Source: a bacterium
GTDB lineage: Bacteria; UBA8248
Direction of reading: 5' to 3'
Assembly (NCBI GenBank): GCA_965203325.1
Contig: OZ241875.1
Span: 800,001 to 864,000, forward strand
Length of the DNA stretch: 64,000 bases
The translations under genes and the position numbers were made by a program. Under the pieces are notes generated by a model that did not search any database, had not been told where the DNA came from, and saw nothing but the letters and a program-made list of their open reading frames with translations. Shown in pieces: positions 40,523 through 50,046 of this stretch (position 1 is the first letter of the stretch; each line of letters begins with the position of its first letter).

Positions 40523-42043
40523 CTATTCCTCCGCGCCGTGACCGTTCAGGTCGGCGGGGTCGGTCACCTCGATGCTCCCCGTGAGCCCGAAAAGGCGCTG
40601 CATCTTCTTCCTGAAGGCCGGGGTGAAGAGTTTTTTGGCATAAAACCGGCCCGCCACCCTTTTGTTCACCTGCGCCAGGGTGGGATAGACATGAACCGTA
40701 TCCACCACCTCTTTGACGTGCATCTTTTTGCGGACGGCCAACACGAACTCGTGCAATATCTCTCCCGCCGCAGGCCCGACCAAATCGGCCCCCACGAGCC
40801 TGCCCTTCTCGTCGCACACCACCTTGCAAATGCCCTCCGTCTCTCCATCCAAAACGGCGCGGTCCACGCGGCTCATCGGGAAGCGGAGCACCTGGATGCG
40901 ATTCGCCCCCAAAGCCGCTTCGGCGTCGGCTTCGCTCAAGCCGACGTGCGCCGCCTCGGGCGTGGTGTAGATCGTCCACGGCACGGCGTCATAGTTCGTT
41001 TTCTTCTTGAGAAACGGGAGCGGAATCCCGAAAGGCGCGCTGAAGAGCATGTTCCTGAGCGCAACGCCCGCCTCATATTCCGCCATGTGGGTGAAGAGAT
41101 ACTGCCCCCGGATGTCGCCGGCGGCGAAGATGCGCGGATTCGCGGTCTGGAGATACTCGTCCGTCTCCACGCCGCGCGGCGTGTGCTTCACGCCCGCCTT
41201 TTCGAGGTCCATCCCGCCCACGTTGGGCGAGCGGCCGGTAGCGATGAGGAGCTGATCGCAAGCCCATTCCCTCTTTCCCGACGGCGTATCGGCCTCCAGG
41301 AAAATCTCCTCGCCGCGTTTCTCGACCTTTTGCGTGTTCACGTTGAAGTGTAGCTTGAGGCCGGATTCCGCCAGGGAATCGGCAAGAATCCCGGCCATCT
41401 CCTTATCGAGCCTCGGCAGGAGCTTCGGCGCGCTTTGCAGCACTTCCACCTCGGCGCCGAGTTGCTGAAACGCCTGGGATAGTTCCAGGCCGATAGGTCC
41501 CGCTCCCAGCACCACCAGGCGTCTCGGCAATTCCTCCAAATCGAATACGGTTTCGTTCGTGAGATAGGGCACGCTATCGAGACCGGCGATGGGCGGCACG
41601 AAGGGAGAACTCCCCATGGACAGCAAAAACCGCTTGGCCCGCAGCGTCCTGTCCCCTACCTGAAACGTATCGGGGCCGGTAAAGGCGCCATCGCCGAATA
41701 TCACCTCGATGCCCATGCCCTCGAAGCGCTCGGGCGCATCGTGCTCGCCGATGTGGGCCTGGGCCGCCTTCATCCGCTTCATGACGCGGGGAAAATCGAC
41801 CCGCACGCCGCTTACGTCAATCCCGAACTCGGGCATCGAGCGCGCCTGCGCGGCCAGCCTCGCCGAGCGGATCAGGCCCTTGGAGGGCACGCATCCATAG
41901 TTCAGGCAATCGCCGCCGAGTTTCGCCTTCTCCACGAGTGCCGCCTTGGCGCCCAGTTGCGCAGCGCCCACTGAGGCCACCAAGCCACCGACCCCTCCCC
42001 CGATGGATACCAAATCAAACACCGATTCTTTTTGCATCTTCAT
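40523..42043 (-). CDS. Pyridine nucleotide-disulfide oxidoreductase (Lpd/MerA-like class I)
   Basis: GGDCLNYGCVPSK, GAGPIGLE, ATGRSPN, AAGD, C-terminal HVYPT. Confidence 0.9.
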   Translation of the reverse strand: MKMQKESVFDLVSIGGGVGGLVASVGAAQLGAKAALVEKAKLGGDCLNYGCVPSKGLIRSARLAAQARSMPEFGIDVSGVRVDFPRVMKRMKAAQAHIGEHDAPERFEGMGIEVIFGDGAFTGPDTFQVGDRTLRAKRFLLSMGSSPFVPPIAGLDSVPYLTNETVFDLEELPRRLVVLGAGPIGLELSQAFQQLGAEVEVLQSAPKLLPRLDKEMAGILADSLAESGLKLHFNVNTQKVEKRGEEIFLEADTPSGKREWACDQLLIATGRSPNVGGMDLEKAGVKHTPRGVETDEYLQTANPRIFAAGDIRGQYLFTHMAEYEAGVALRNMLFSAPFGIPLPFLKKKTNYDAVPWTIYTTPEAAHVGLSEADAEAALGANRIQVLRFPMSRVDRAVLDGETEGICKVVCDEKGRLVGADLVGPAAGEILHEFVLAVRKKMHVKEVVDTVHVYPTLAQVNKRVAGRFYAKKLFTPAFRKKMQRLFGLTGSIEVTDPADLNGHGAEE

Positions 42044-42098
42044 ATCCTCTCCAGACGGCGAAATGCGTCTCTTCCGCAACGAACGCGGAGCAGTCCGC

Positions 42099-43625
42099 TC
42101 AAGATGTTTCCTTTTCCAGGGGTTTCAGCCCGAACGAGAAGAACAGGAGCGCCATGAGCAAATAGCCGATAGCTATGCCGGGCGCCGCCCCCCAGCCGAA
42201 GAAGCTGACGACGCCGCCGGGCGTGATTCGCCAGGCGTGGATGACCCCGAACCAGCTCAATACCGCGCCGGCCAGCGCCCATCCTCCCGCCTGTTTCGGC
42301 TCCTTGTCCACAAGTTTGGCCACGATGGCGGTCATGATGATGGACGTGAAAAGAAAACCGCGCTCCAAAGTGACCATCCCGACGAGGTGGAATCCCGCCT
42401 TGGCGAACGCATCCTGCCCCACTTTCCACAAGTTCGTGCCCGCTCCCCTTAAGGAGGATTCCACCATCAGCAGACCCCACGCGGCGATGGCGGGTATCAA
42501 GCCGATGGCCACGGCCGGCCCGTGATTCTTCGGTACGGCCTGGAATGCCTGGGTGAGCATCATCACCCCGATCCATAGCATGAGGGCGAAGAGCGCCTCG
42601 CCCGGAATGATCTTGGAAAGCGCCGCTATCGAGCCGGTGAGGCAAAGGATCGTCATCACGACCCCGTTCATGGCGCTATAGCCGGAGCGCGCCCCGACTG
42701 CCTTCCAGGCAGGGTGTCCGATATATATGGTCGTGGGAAAACAACTGCCCAGACACGCCGCGAGAAGCGATCCTGCGCCGTTCACCGCCAGGGAACTGCC
42801 CGTATCGAAATTGTCTCCGCCCGCAGACGCGCTTTCGAGGCACATCAGGCTGCCGACAAGCGTCATCAGGCCCATGGGGATGGAAACCGCGAGGTAATCC
42901 CAGGCCAGCGGGCCGAAGAGAGCGTCTGACAAAGGACCGAAGGCGAAGGATGGAAGCGCAAGACCCACAGGCGCGGGGATGCCGCCCGGAAATCCTCTGA
43001 TGACGGCGGAGAGCACCACTCCCACAGCCACCGCCACGAGGCCGCCGGGCACACCGAAGGGGAACCGGAATCCGCCGAAATAATGGATCAGGATGATTCC
43101 CAGCGGGATCATGGAGAGGAGCGGATTCTCCCAGATTCTGAACGCGAAATCCATGGCGATGAACGTGAGCGCGATGCCTCCCAGTGCGGAGAGCAGGGCG
43201 GCCCTCGGCGCGACCCGCCTGATCCACCCGCCCGCCAGCGCACCGACGGTCTCGATCACCCCGCTCACGAAACAGGCCGCCATACCCGCCTTCCAGGCAG
43301 CCTCGGCGCTTCCGGTCTTGAGTTTCACCGGCAGCATGACGAAGAAGATAAATGCGAAAAGCGTCACCGTGTTCAGGCCGTAGGGCATGGCGGTCACGTC
43401 GTCGCGGCCCTCGCGCGCGGCCAGTCGCCGCGCCTGCCAGGTGTAGAAAAGATTTCCGCCGAGGAGGCTCAGCGCCGCTGCGGGCAACACGCGCCCGAAG
43501 ATGAGCGAATCGGGAAAACCCAGCAGCCCTTTCAAGAAGCTCACGATGAGAAGAAGGTTGATGAGGTTGTCCATCCACAGGCCGAAGAAGCCGTCCACAT
43601 CGCCCTTCACGAACCATTTGGACAT
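42099..43625 (-). CDS. NCS2-like (xanthine/uracil) permease
   Basis: GDVDGFFGL, TAMPYGLN, PTTIYIGHPAWK; highly hydrophobic. Confidence 0.8.
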   Translation of the reverse strand: MSKWFVKGDVDGFFGLWMDNLINLLLIVSFLKGLLGFPDSLIFGRVLPAAALSLLGGNLFYTWQARRLAAREGRDDVTAMPYGLNTVTLFAFIFFVMLPVKLKTGSAEAAWKAGMAACFVSGVIETVGALAGGWIRRVAPRAALLSALGGIALTFIAMDFAFRIWENPLLSMIPLGIILIHYFGGFRFPFGVPGGLVAVAVGVVLSAVIRGFPGGIPAPVGLALPSFAFGPLSDALFGPLAWDYLAVSIPMGLMTLVGSLMCLESASAGGDNFDTGSSLAVNGAGSLLAACLGSCFPTTIYIGHPAWKAVGARSGYSAMNGVVMTILCLTGSIAALSKIIPGEALFALMLWIGVMMLTQAFQAVPKNHGPAVAIGLIPAIAAWGLLMVESSLRGAGTNLWKVGQDAFAKAGFHLVGMVTLERGFLFTSIIMTAIVAKLVDKEPKQAGGWALAGAVLSWFGVIHAWRITPGGVVSFFGWGAAPGIAIGYLLMALLFFSFGLKPLEKETS

Positions 43626-43801
43626 CGGGGTCTCCCCGTTCAGGGTTAAAAACGTCAATCCAGGCGCGCCGCGCCCTCGGGATAGTAAAACACGCGGGCT
43701 TTTTCGCCAAAGCGCGCGGGGCAGTTTTTCTCATCGAGATCGTTTTGATATGCTCCATCCATATACAAAAATCACTTTCGCGTTCACTCGGGAGAAAAGC
43801 G

Positions 43802-44554
43802 ATGGAAGCTGTCAAGGTCTACACGCGGCACGGGTGATACACCTGCGCCCTTACGAGAGAGTTTCTCTCGTCCAGCGGTTTGGAAGTCGTCAACCGGGAC
43901 TGTACGAACGACGCCGAGGCGCAGGCGGAATTGAAAGCACTCGGCATCAAGTCCCTGCCCGTCGCCGTACGCGGAGAGAACGTGGTGGTGGGCTATGACG
44001 TGGATGCGCTTCGCGAGGCCTTCGGCATCGAAGGGGAAGGCGCAGGCCCCCTCTCGTCCGAAAAGATGCTCCACTACTTCGAGATGGTATTCGACGCCCT
44101 GCGCCGCGTAGTCCGCCAGATTCCGCACGAAACCCTCGACTGGATATCTCCCGGCAGACCCCGCTCGCTTCGCCAGCTCACCTGGCACAGCTTCGAGCGT
44201 CCGGACCTGGTGATGCAGGCCCACGCATCGGGCGAATACACCGAGGAGATGGTGCGCCGGTATGAAACGATGGCGGACGATTACGATACCACCGAGGACA
44301 TTTGCGCCTATGGAGATGAAATTCAGGCCAGACTCACCGAATTCCTCACGGACGGCGGCGAGGCGCTCGCCAAGAAAGTATCGAGCTATATGGGGCCCAT
44401 CACCGTCCATGAACTGATGATCCTCTCCCTGGGACACGCCTTTCAGCATTTGCGGCAAACCTATCACTATTTCGGGATGCTGGAGATGGAGCCGGAAAAC
44501 CCGCTCAGGCCCGAGGATTACGAGGAAGTGCCCGTGCCCAAGGATCTGTTCTAG
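43802..44554 (+). CDS. Probable selenoprotein: glutaredoxin-like (UxxC) domain fused to DinB-like domain
   Basis: GGAGA RBS, ATG 43802, MEAVKVYTRHG-TGA(43835-43837)-YTC in frame with ORF 43880-44554; SLPV cis-Pro motif; WH...HAFQH. Confidence 0.8.
43853..43871 (+). promoter_or_regulatory. Candidate bacterial SECIS hairpin
   Basis: ACGAGAGA-GTT-TCTCTCGT perfect 8-bp stem starting 15 nt after the TGA, G in the apical loop. Confidence 0.65.
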
Positions 44555-44585
44555 ACCATACCTGAACCCACAAGGAGGCTGTCTG

Positions 44586-45863
44586 ATGCCCTCGAAAGAC
44601 ACGTTCCCCTTCCGCGCGAACCGCGACCGCATGAGGCGTGAGTTCAACGCCCAGGCGAAGATCGGCAAATACGGAAAAACGGGCCTGGATCGCGTGGCCT
44701 TCACACCGGTCTACAATGAGGTGCGCGACCTCGCCGAGGGCTGGATGAAGGCGGCGGGCCTCAAGACGCGCGTCGACGCCGTGGGCAACCTCTACGGAAG
44801 AAAAGAGGGCCGCGTGCGCGGGCTTCCCGCCGTGATGGCGGGCTCCCACCTCGATTCCCAAAGCCCGGGCGGACGATTCGACGGCCCCGCCGGCGTTCTC
44901 ACCGCTTTGGAAGCGTTCCGCCGCATCAATGAGACGGGAATCTCCCACGATCACCCCATCGAGATAGTGGCCTTCGTGGGGGAGGAATCCGCGTGCGGGA
45001 TGACGGTGTTCGGGAGCAGCGTCGCCACGGGCGTCGTGGGCGTGAAGGACTTGAAGAACACGGTGCATCCGCCCAGCGGAAAATCGCTCTATGAGGCCAT
45101 CGAGGCGGTGGGCGGGAGTCCTGCGCGCGTCCGCTCGTGCCGTATCAAGGAGGGCTCGCTCAAGGCATTTCTGGAGCTTCATATCGAGCAGGGCCCCGTG
45201 CTCGAATCGGCCGAAGTCCCCATCGGCATCGTGGACAGGGTGGTGGGATACACGAGAGGGGAGGTGCATTTCACGGGCGTCACGGCGCACTCGGGCGGAC
45301 AGCCCATGCCCTACCGCAAGGACGCGGGCATCGCTGCGGCGGACTTCATGGTGCGCATGGAAAACCTCGTGAACCGCGCGCCCGACTCCCAGCGCGTCAC
45401 GATCACTTTTGGGGAGATGGAGGCGCATCCAGGGTGGGTGTCCATCGTGCCCGGAGGCGCGAGGCTATCCTTTGATCTCAGAAGCAGAAGCCAGGCGGTA
45501 ATGGAGCGCATCCTCGGGCGGATGGAAAAGACCCTCTCCGCCATCGAGAAGGAACGCGGCGTAAAGGGCCGTCTGGCCGACGTGAAGAAGCTGGCCGTCT
45601 GCCCCGCTTCGAACAACATTCAAAAGGCGCTCCGGCGCGCATCCAAAGAAACGGGCCACGCTTCGCTTACGCTGTCGAGCGGCGGGGTGCACGACGCCTG
45701 CCGCATGGCGGAGATTTGCCCGATGGGCATGGTGTTCATCCCCTCGGTGGGCGGTCTCTCGCACACGCCCGAGGAGTTCACGCACTTCGACGACATGGTG
45801 AAGGGTGCGGAAATCCTCGCCTCCGCCATCACGCATCTGTCCAACGAGAAGGTGAAGGCGTAA
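44586..45863 (+). CDS. Zn-dependent amidohydrolase (allantoate amidohydrolase / N-carbamoylase, M20)
   Basis: GSHLDS, GRFDG, EES, ELHIEQGP, GGVHDA, SHTPEE motifs. Confidence 0.92.
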   Translation: MPSKDTFPFRANRDRMRREFNAQAKIGKYGKTGLDRVAFTPVYNEVRDLAEGWMKAAGLKTRVDAVGNLYGRKEGRVRGLPAVMAGSHLDSQSPGGRFDGPAGVLTALEAFRRINETGISHDHPIEIVAFVGEESACGMTVFGSSVATGVVGVKDLKNTVHPPSGKSLYEAIEAVGGSPARVRSCRIKEGSLKAFLELHIEQGPVLESAEVPIGIVDRVVGYTRGEVHFTGVTAHSGGQPMPYRKDAGIAAADFMVRMENLVNRAPDSQRVTITFGEMEAHPGWVSIVPGGARLSFDLRSRSQAVMERILGRMEKTLSAIEKERGVKGRLADVKKLAVCPASNNIQKALRRASKETGHASLTLSSGGVHDACRMAEICPMGMVFIPSVGGLSHTPEEFTHFDDMVKGAEILASAITHLSNEKVKA

Positions 45864-46150
45864 GGCGACAAGTCAACATTACACGTACTTTCCCAGGCAT
45901 TTCACCGTTCAGTGATGCGCTGGTCCTCCCAGGTTGATCCGTCGCACCTGCTCGAAAGAGATGCGACCCTTCACCGTACTTTCCCTCTGAAATCCTTTAT
46001 TTATTATGGAGTTATTGTGAAGCGGGTTGTTTTGTGGTAAATTTCGCCGCCGAATCAATGAAATGGAAGTGTGAATTTGTTGCCGCACCTCGTGCGGCGT
46101 GGCGTCTCGAAACGACAAACTCTACAGTTGAAATCGAGAGGGAGAAAAAA

Positions 46151-47410
46151 ATGGGCAGGATAATCAGGCACGTTATTTTCGGGTTTGCGCTGCTCCTCGC
46201 AGTGAGCATCGCCTTCACGCCTGCGGCGCAGGCGGCCAAGGAAGTGAAGATAGGCTTCAGCATGGCGCTGACCGGACCGCTCGGCCCCGCGGGCAAAGCG
46301 GCGCTTCTGGCCATGCAGATCTGGCGCGACGACGTGAACGCCAAGGGCGGACTGCTCGGCCGCAAGGTCAAGCTGGTCTATTACGATGATCAGACCAAGC
46401 CGGCCAACGTACCGGGCATCTACGCCAAGCTGCTCGACGTGGACAAGGTGGACTTCATCGTATCGGGCTACGGGACGAACCTCATCGTTCCCGCGCTGCC
46501 CATCGCGATGGAGCGCGGCATGGTGTTCATGGGCCTGTTCGGCCTCGACGCGAACGCGAAGTTCAAATACAACAACTACTTCCAGATCATGCCGGCCGGC
46601 CCCGACCCCATCGTGGACTGGTCGCGCGGCTTCTTCGAACTCGCCGCGAAGCAAAAGCCCCGTCCCAAGACGATAGCGCTGCTCTCGGCGGATGCGGAAT
46701 TCGCGCGCAACGCCGTGGCCGGCGCCCGCCGGAACGCGAAGAAATTCGGCTTCAAGATCGTCTACGACAAGCGCTACCCCTTCCCCGGCACGACCGACTT
46801 CACGCCGATTCTTCGCGCGGTCAAGGCCGCGAACCCGGATCTCTTCTACGTTGGCTCCTATCCGGGCGGTTCGGTGGGCATCGTGAAGGCCGCACATGAG
46901 ATCAAACTGGAACCCAAGCTCTTCGGCGGCGGCATGGTGGGACTTCAGTACACCGCCATCCAGATGAACCTCGGCAAACTGCTGAACGGCATCACGGACT
47001 ACTGGTTCTGGGCGCCGGAGAAGACCCTGAAGTTCCCCGGCATCGAGGCATTCCTGGCGAAATACCAGAAAGAAGCGCCCAAGCAGAAACTCGACCCGCT
47101 GGGCTACTACCTGCCGCCGTTCGCCTACGCCTACGTGCAGTTGCTCGGAAATGCGATCGAGGCCACCAAGAGCTTCGATCAGGCGAAGATCGGCGCCTAC
47201 ATCCGCAACAACACCCATTCGACCGTGGTCGGAGACGTGAAGTTCGGAAAGAACGGCGAATGGGCGACTTCCCGGACGTTCCAGGTTCAACTGCAGAACA
47301 TCCAGAGCAACAAGATGAGCGAGTTCAGCAAAGCAGGAAAGATGGTGGTGGTGTATCCCGAGGAGTTCAAGTCCGGAAACTTCATCTACCCATACGCGAA
47401 GGGCAAGTAA
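46151..47410 (+). CDS. LIV-type ABC substrate-binding protein
   Basis: Signal peptide; KIGFSMALTG, NAKGGLLGR, YDDQ motifs. Confidence 0.9.
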   Translation: MGRIIRHVIFGFALLLAVSIAFTPAAQAAKEVKIGFSMALTGPLGPAGKAALLAMQIWRDDVNAKGGLLGRKVKLVYYDDQTKPANVPGIYAKLLDVDKVDFIVSGYGTNLIVPALPIAMERGMVFMGLFGLDANAKFKYNNYFQIMPAGPDPIVDWSRGFFELAAKQKPRPKTIALLSADAEFARNAVAGARRNAKKFGFKIVYDKRYPFPGTTDFTPILRAVKAANPDLFYVGSYPGGSVGIVKAAHEIKLEPKLFGGGMVGLQYTAIQMNLGKLLNGITDYWFWAPEKTLKFPGIEAFLAKYQKEAPKQKLDPLGYYLPPFAYAYVQLLGNAIEATKSFDQAKIGAYIRNNTHSTVVGDVKFGKNGEWATSRTFQVQLQNIQSNKMSEFSKAGKMVVVYPEEFKSGNFIYPYAKGK

Positions 47411-47430
47411 CGAACCGGACATAATACCGC

Positions 47431-47455
47431 GACCGGGGGGCGACGCCCCCCGGTC
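47431..47455 (+). other. GC-rich hairpin between binding protein and permease genes
   Basis: GACCGGGGGGCGACGCCCCCCGGTC; no T tail. Confidence 0.55.
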
Positions 47456-47484
47456 CGCGTCCGGCTCGCGGGAGGAGAGCATCC

Positions 47485-48357
47485 ATGCTCAGCATCGAAT
47501 TCTTGTTGAACGCGCTCGTCGCGGGCCTCCTGCTGGGAGGCTTCTACGCCGCGATGAGCGCCGGGCTTTCGCTCTCCTTCGGTTTGCTGGACGTCGTGAA
47601 CATCGCTCATCCGGCCTTCATCATTTTCGGCTCCTATCTGACCTTCTATGTGAACGAGCACTTCGGGTTCGACCCGATACTCGCGGGCCTCGTCTTCGCG
47701 GTTCCCTCCTATTTTCTGGGCGTCGCGGTATATCGAATCTACTACAACTGCTTTGAAAAAACGGGAGCGGAATCCCTGCGCGGACTGGTGTTCTTCTTCG
47801 GACTCTTTTTCCTCATCGAGGTCATTCTCATCATCACCTTCGGGGTGGATTACCGCCTCGTCCGCGCGTTCTACATCGGCAAGTCCACCTCCATCGGCTC
47901 GGTGGGAATCGCCTACCGGCTGTTCGTACCCTTCCTCGTGGGGGGAATACTCGCCGCCGTCCTGTACCTGTTTCTCACAAAAACCTTTTTCGGGCGCGCC
48001 ATCATGGGCGTGGCGCAGGACAGCCTCGCCGTCCAGTTGATGGGGGTCGACCCCATCCGCATCAAGACGGTCGCCTTCGGCATCGGCATCGCCACCGCCG
48101 TGATCGCAGGCTCCCTGCTCATCATCATCGGTCCGGTCGAGCCGACCATCGGGCGCGAATACATCGGCCGCGTGTTCGCGGTCACCGTGCTCGGCGGGCT
48201 CGGCAGCATGACGGGCACGCTCGTGGGCGGGCTCATCCTGGGCGTCGCGGAGAGCTTCACCTCTTCATTCTTCGGCCCCTCGTGGGCGCTGGCCGTCTCG
48301 TTCGGCATTCTGCTCATCTGCCTGGCGGTACGGCCGTCCGGCCTGTTCGGGAGGTAG
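47485..48357 (+). CDS. LIV-type ABC permease (LivH-like)
   Basis: GLSLSFG..VVNIAH, VLGGLGS motifs. Confidence 0.92.
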   Translation: MLSIEFLLNALVAGLLLGGFYAAMSAGLSLSFGLLDVVNIAHPAFIIFGSYLTFYVNEHFGFDPILAGLVFAVPSYFLGVAVYRIYYNCFEKTGAESLRGLVFFFGLFFLIEVILIITFGVDYRLVRAFYIGKSTSIGSVGIAYRLFVPFLVGGILAAVLYLFLTKTFFGRAIMGVAQDSLAVQLMGVDPIRIKTVAFGIGIATAVIAGSLLIIIGPVEPTIGREYIGRVFAVTVLGGLGSMTGTLVGGLILGVAESFTSSFFGPSWALAVSFGILLICLAVRPSGLFGR

Positions 48358-48361
48358 CTCC

Positions 48362-49321
48362 TTGAGTAAGGAAAGGAAGCTCTTCCTGATCGTGGCCGCC
48401 GTACTGATCGTCGGTTCTTTCCTCATCACGACCCAGATGGAAAACCGCTTCTATTACAAGGCGGCCTACGTCGTGTTGCAGTACGTCGTCCTGGCCACCG
48501 CGTGGAACATCCTGGGCGGCTACACCGGCTACGTGAACTTCGGCACGGCGGCGTTTTTCGCCATGGGCGCCTATACCGCCGTCGCGCTCATCAAGACCTG
48601 GAAGCCGCCCCTCTACGTGCTGCTCGTCATGGGCGGCCTCGTCTCGGGCCTTCTGGGACTCGGCATCGGCTACCTGACCTTGAGGCTCAAGGGCGTGTTC
48701 TTCTCCATCGCCACGCTGGCGCTGGCCGTCGTGCTCCAGATGATCATCTCGAACTGGAGCTATGTGGGCGGGGGCGCCGGCACGGCCATCCTGAAGCCCA
48801 GGAGCGTGCCGATGTTCTCGAACTACGACGAGTTCCTCTTCTTCGTCATGGCGGCGCTCGCCGTGGTCTCCGTGGCCGTCGCCTGGCTCATCGAGAAATC
48901 CTGGGTCGGGCGGGGAATGGCCGCCATCCGCGACAACGAGGAGGCGGCCGAGTGCATGGGCGTGCCCATCCTCAAGCTCAAGCTGTTCGCCACCACGGTG
49001 AGCGGCGCGCTGATGGGAATCGCGGGCGCGCCGTTTTCCTATTTCGTCGTCTATATCGAACCCACCTCGGCCTTTCACCTCGACTACGCCGTGAACAGCC
49101 TCGCCATGCCCATGATCGGCGGCACCACCACCTGGCTGGGCCCGCTGGTCGGCGCGGTTCTCGTCGGCACGGCCCAGCAGATTGCCACCGTCACCCTCTC
49201 TTCGGAAATGAACCTGCTCATCGTGGGCAGCCTGCTCGTGGGCTTCGTGGTGTTCGCGCCCGACGGCCTCGTGGGCCTGTTCGGCAAGATTCGCGCGCGC
49301 CTGGCGGGGAGGGAGGCGTAA
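48362..49321 (+). CDS. LIV-type ABC permease (LivM-like)
   Basis: WNILGGYTGYVNFG, AIRDNEEAA motifs. Confidence 0.92.
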   Translation: MSKERKLFLIVAAVLIVGSFLITTQMENRFYYKAAYVVLQYVVLATAWNILGGYTGYVNFGTAAFFAMGAYTAVALIKTWKPPLYVLLVMGGLVSGLLGLGIGYLTLRLKGVFFSIATLALAVVLQMIISNWSYVGGGAGTAILKPRSVPMFSNYDEFLFFVMAALAVVSVAVAWLIEKSWVGRGMAAIRDNEEAAECMGVPILKLKLFATTVSGALMGIAGAPFSYFVVYIEPTSAFHLDYAVNSLAMPMIGGTTTWLGPLVGAVLVGTAQQIATVTLSSEMNLLIVGSLLVGFVVFAPDGLVGLFGKIRARLAGREA

Positions 49322-50046
49322 TGAGCGAAAACCTCCTCGACGTGCACGGCGTCACGAAGCGCTTCGGCGGATTCAGCGCGCTCACCCGCGTGGATCTGCA
49401 CGTGAAGGAAAACGAGCGTTTCGGCCTCATCGGCCCCAACGGCTCGGGCAAGACGACGATGATCAACTGCATCTCGGGCGCTCTGGCCAACGACGAGGGA
49501 AACATCGTCTTCGCAGGACAGGACATCACCAGGATTCCCGCCTACCAGCGAACGCGCCTTGGCATCGCTCGCAGCTTCCAGATTCCCAAGCCCTTCGTCA
49601 GCATGACGGTGCTCGAGAACCTCTGCATCCCGCTCGAATACGCCGCCCACCAGCACTCCCACGGGGTGGAGCTTCGCGGCGAGGCCATGGAGATACTCGA
49701 ACTCATGAGCATGACGGACAAGGCCGACGTGCGCACCGGGGGGCTCACCCAGATCGAACTGCGAAAGCTCGAACTCGCCCGCGCCATGGCGGCCAAGCCG
49801 AAGCTCCTCATTTCGGACGAGGCCATGGCAGGTCTCTCCAACACCGAGGTGGACGACATTCTCGAAATTCTCGTGCGCCTGAACGAAGAGGGCCTCACCG
49901 TCATCATGATCGAGCACATCATGCGGGCGGTCATGAACTTCTCGGAGCGCATCGTCGTCCTCGACGCCGGCGAGAAGATCGCCGAGGGGACGCCCGATGA
50001 GATCGTCAACAACAAGGACGTGGAAAGGGCCTACCTTGGCGCATAG
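49321..50046 (+). CDS. LIV-type ABC ATPase (LivG-like)
   Basis: GPNGSGKTT, DEAMAG, IEH, AYLG. Confidence 0.93.
   Translation: MSENLLDVHGVTKRFGGFSALTRVDLHVKENERFGLIGPNGSGKTTMINCISGALANDEGNIVFAGQDITRIPAYQRTRLGIARSFQIPKPFVSMTVLENLCIPLEYAAHQHSHGVELRGEAMEILELMSMTDKADVRTGGLTQIELRKLELARAMAAKPKLLISDEAMAGLSNTEVDDILEILVRLNEEGLTVIMIEHIMRAVMNFSERIVVLDAGEKIAEGTPDEIVNNKDVERAYLGA

Noticed and set aside
40523..42043. merA or lpdA assignment
   Set aside because: No C-terminal Cys pair or mer genes; no HxHPTxxE motif
43835..43837. TGA as a nonsense mutation (pseudogene)
   Set aside because: Position at the redox Cys and the adjacent SECIS-like hairpin favour Sec; not fully excluded without the sel genes
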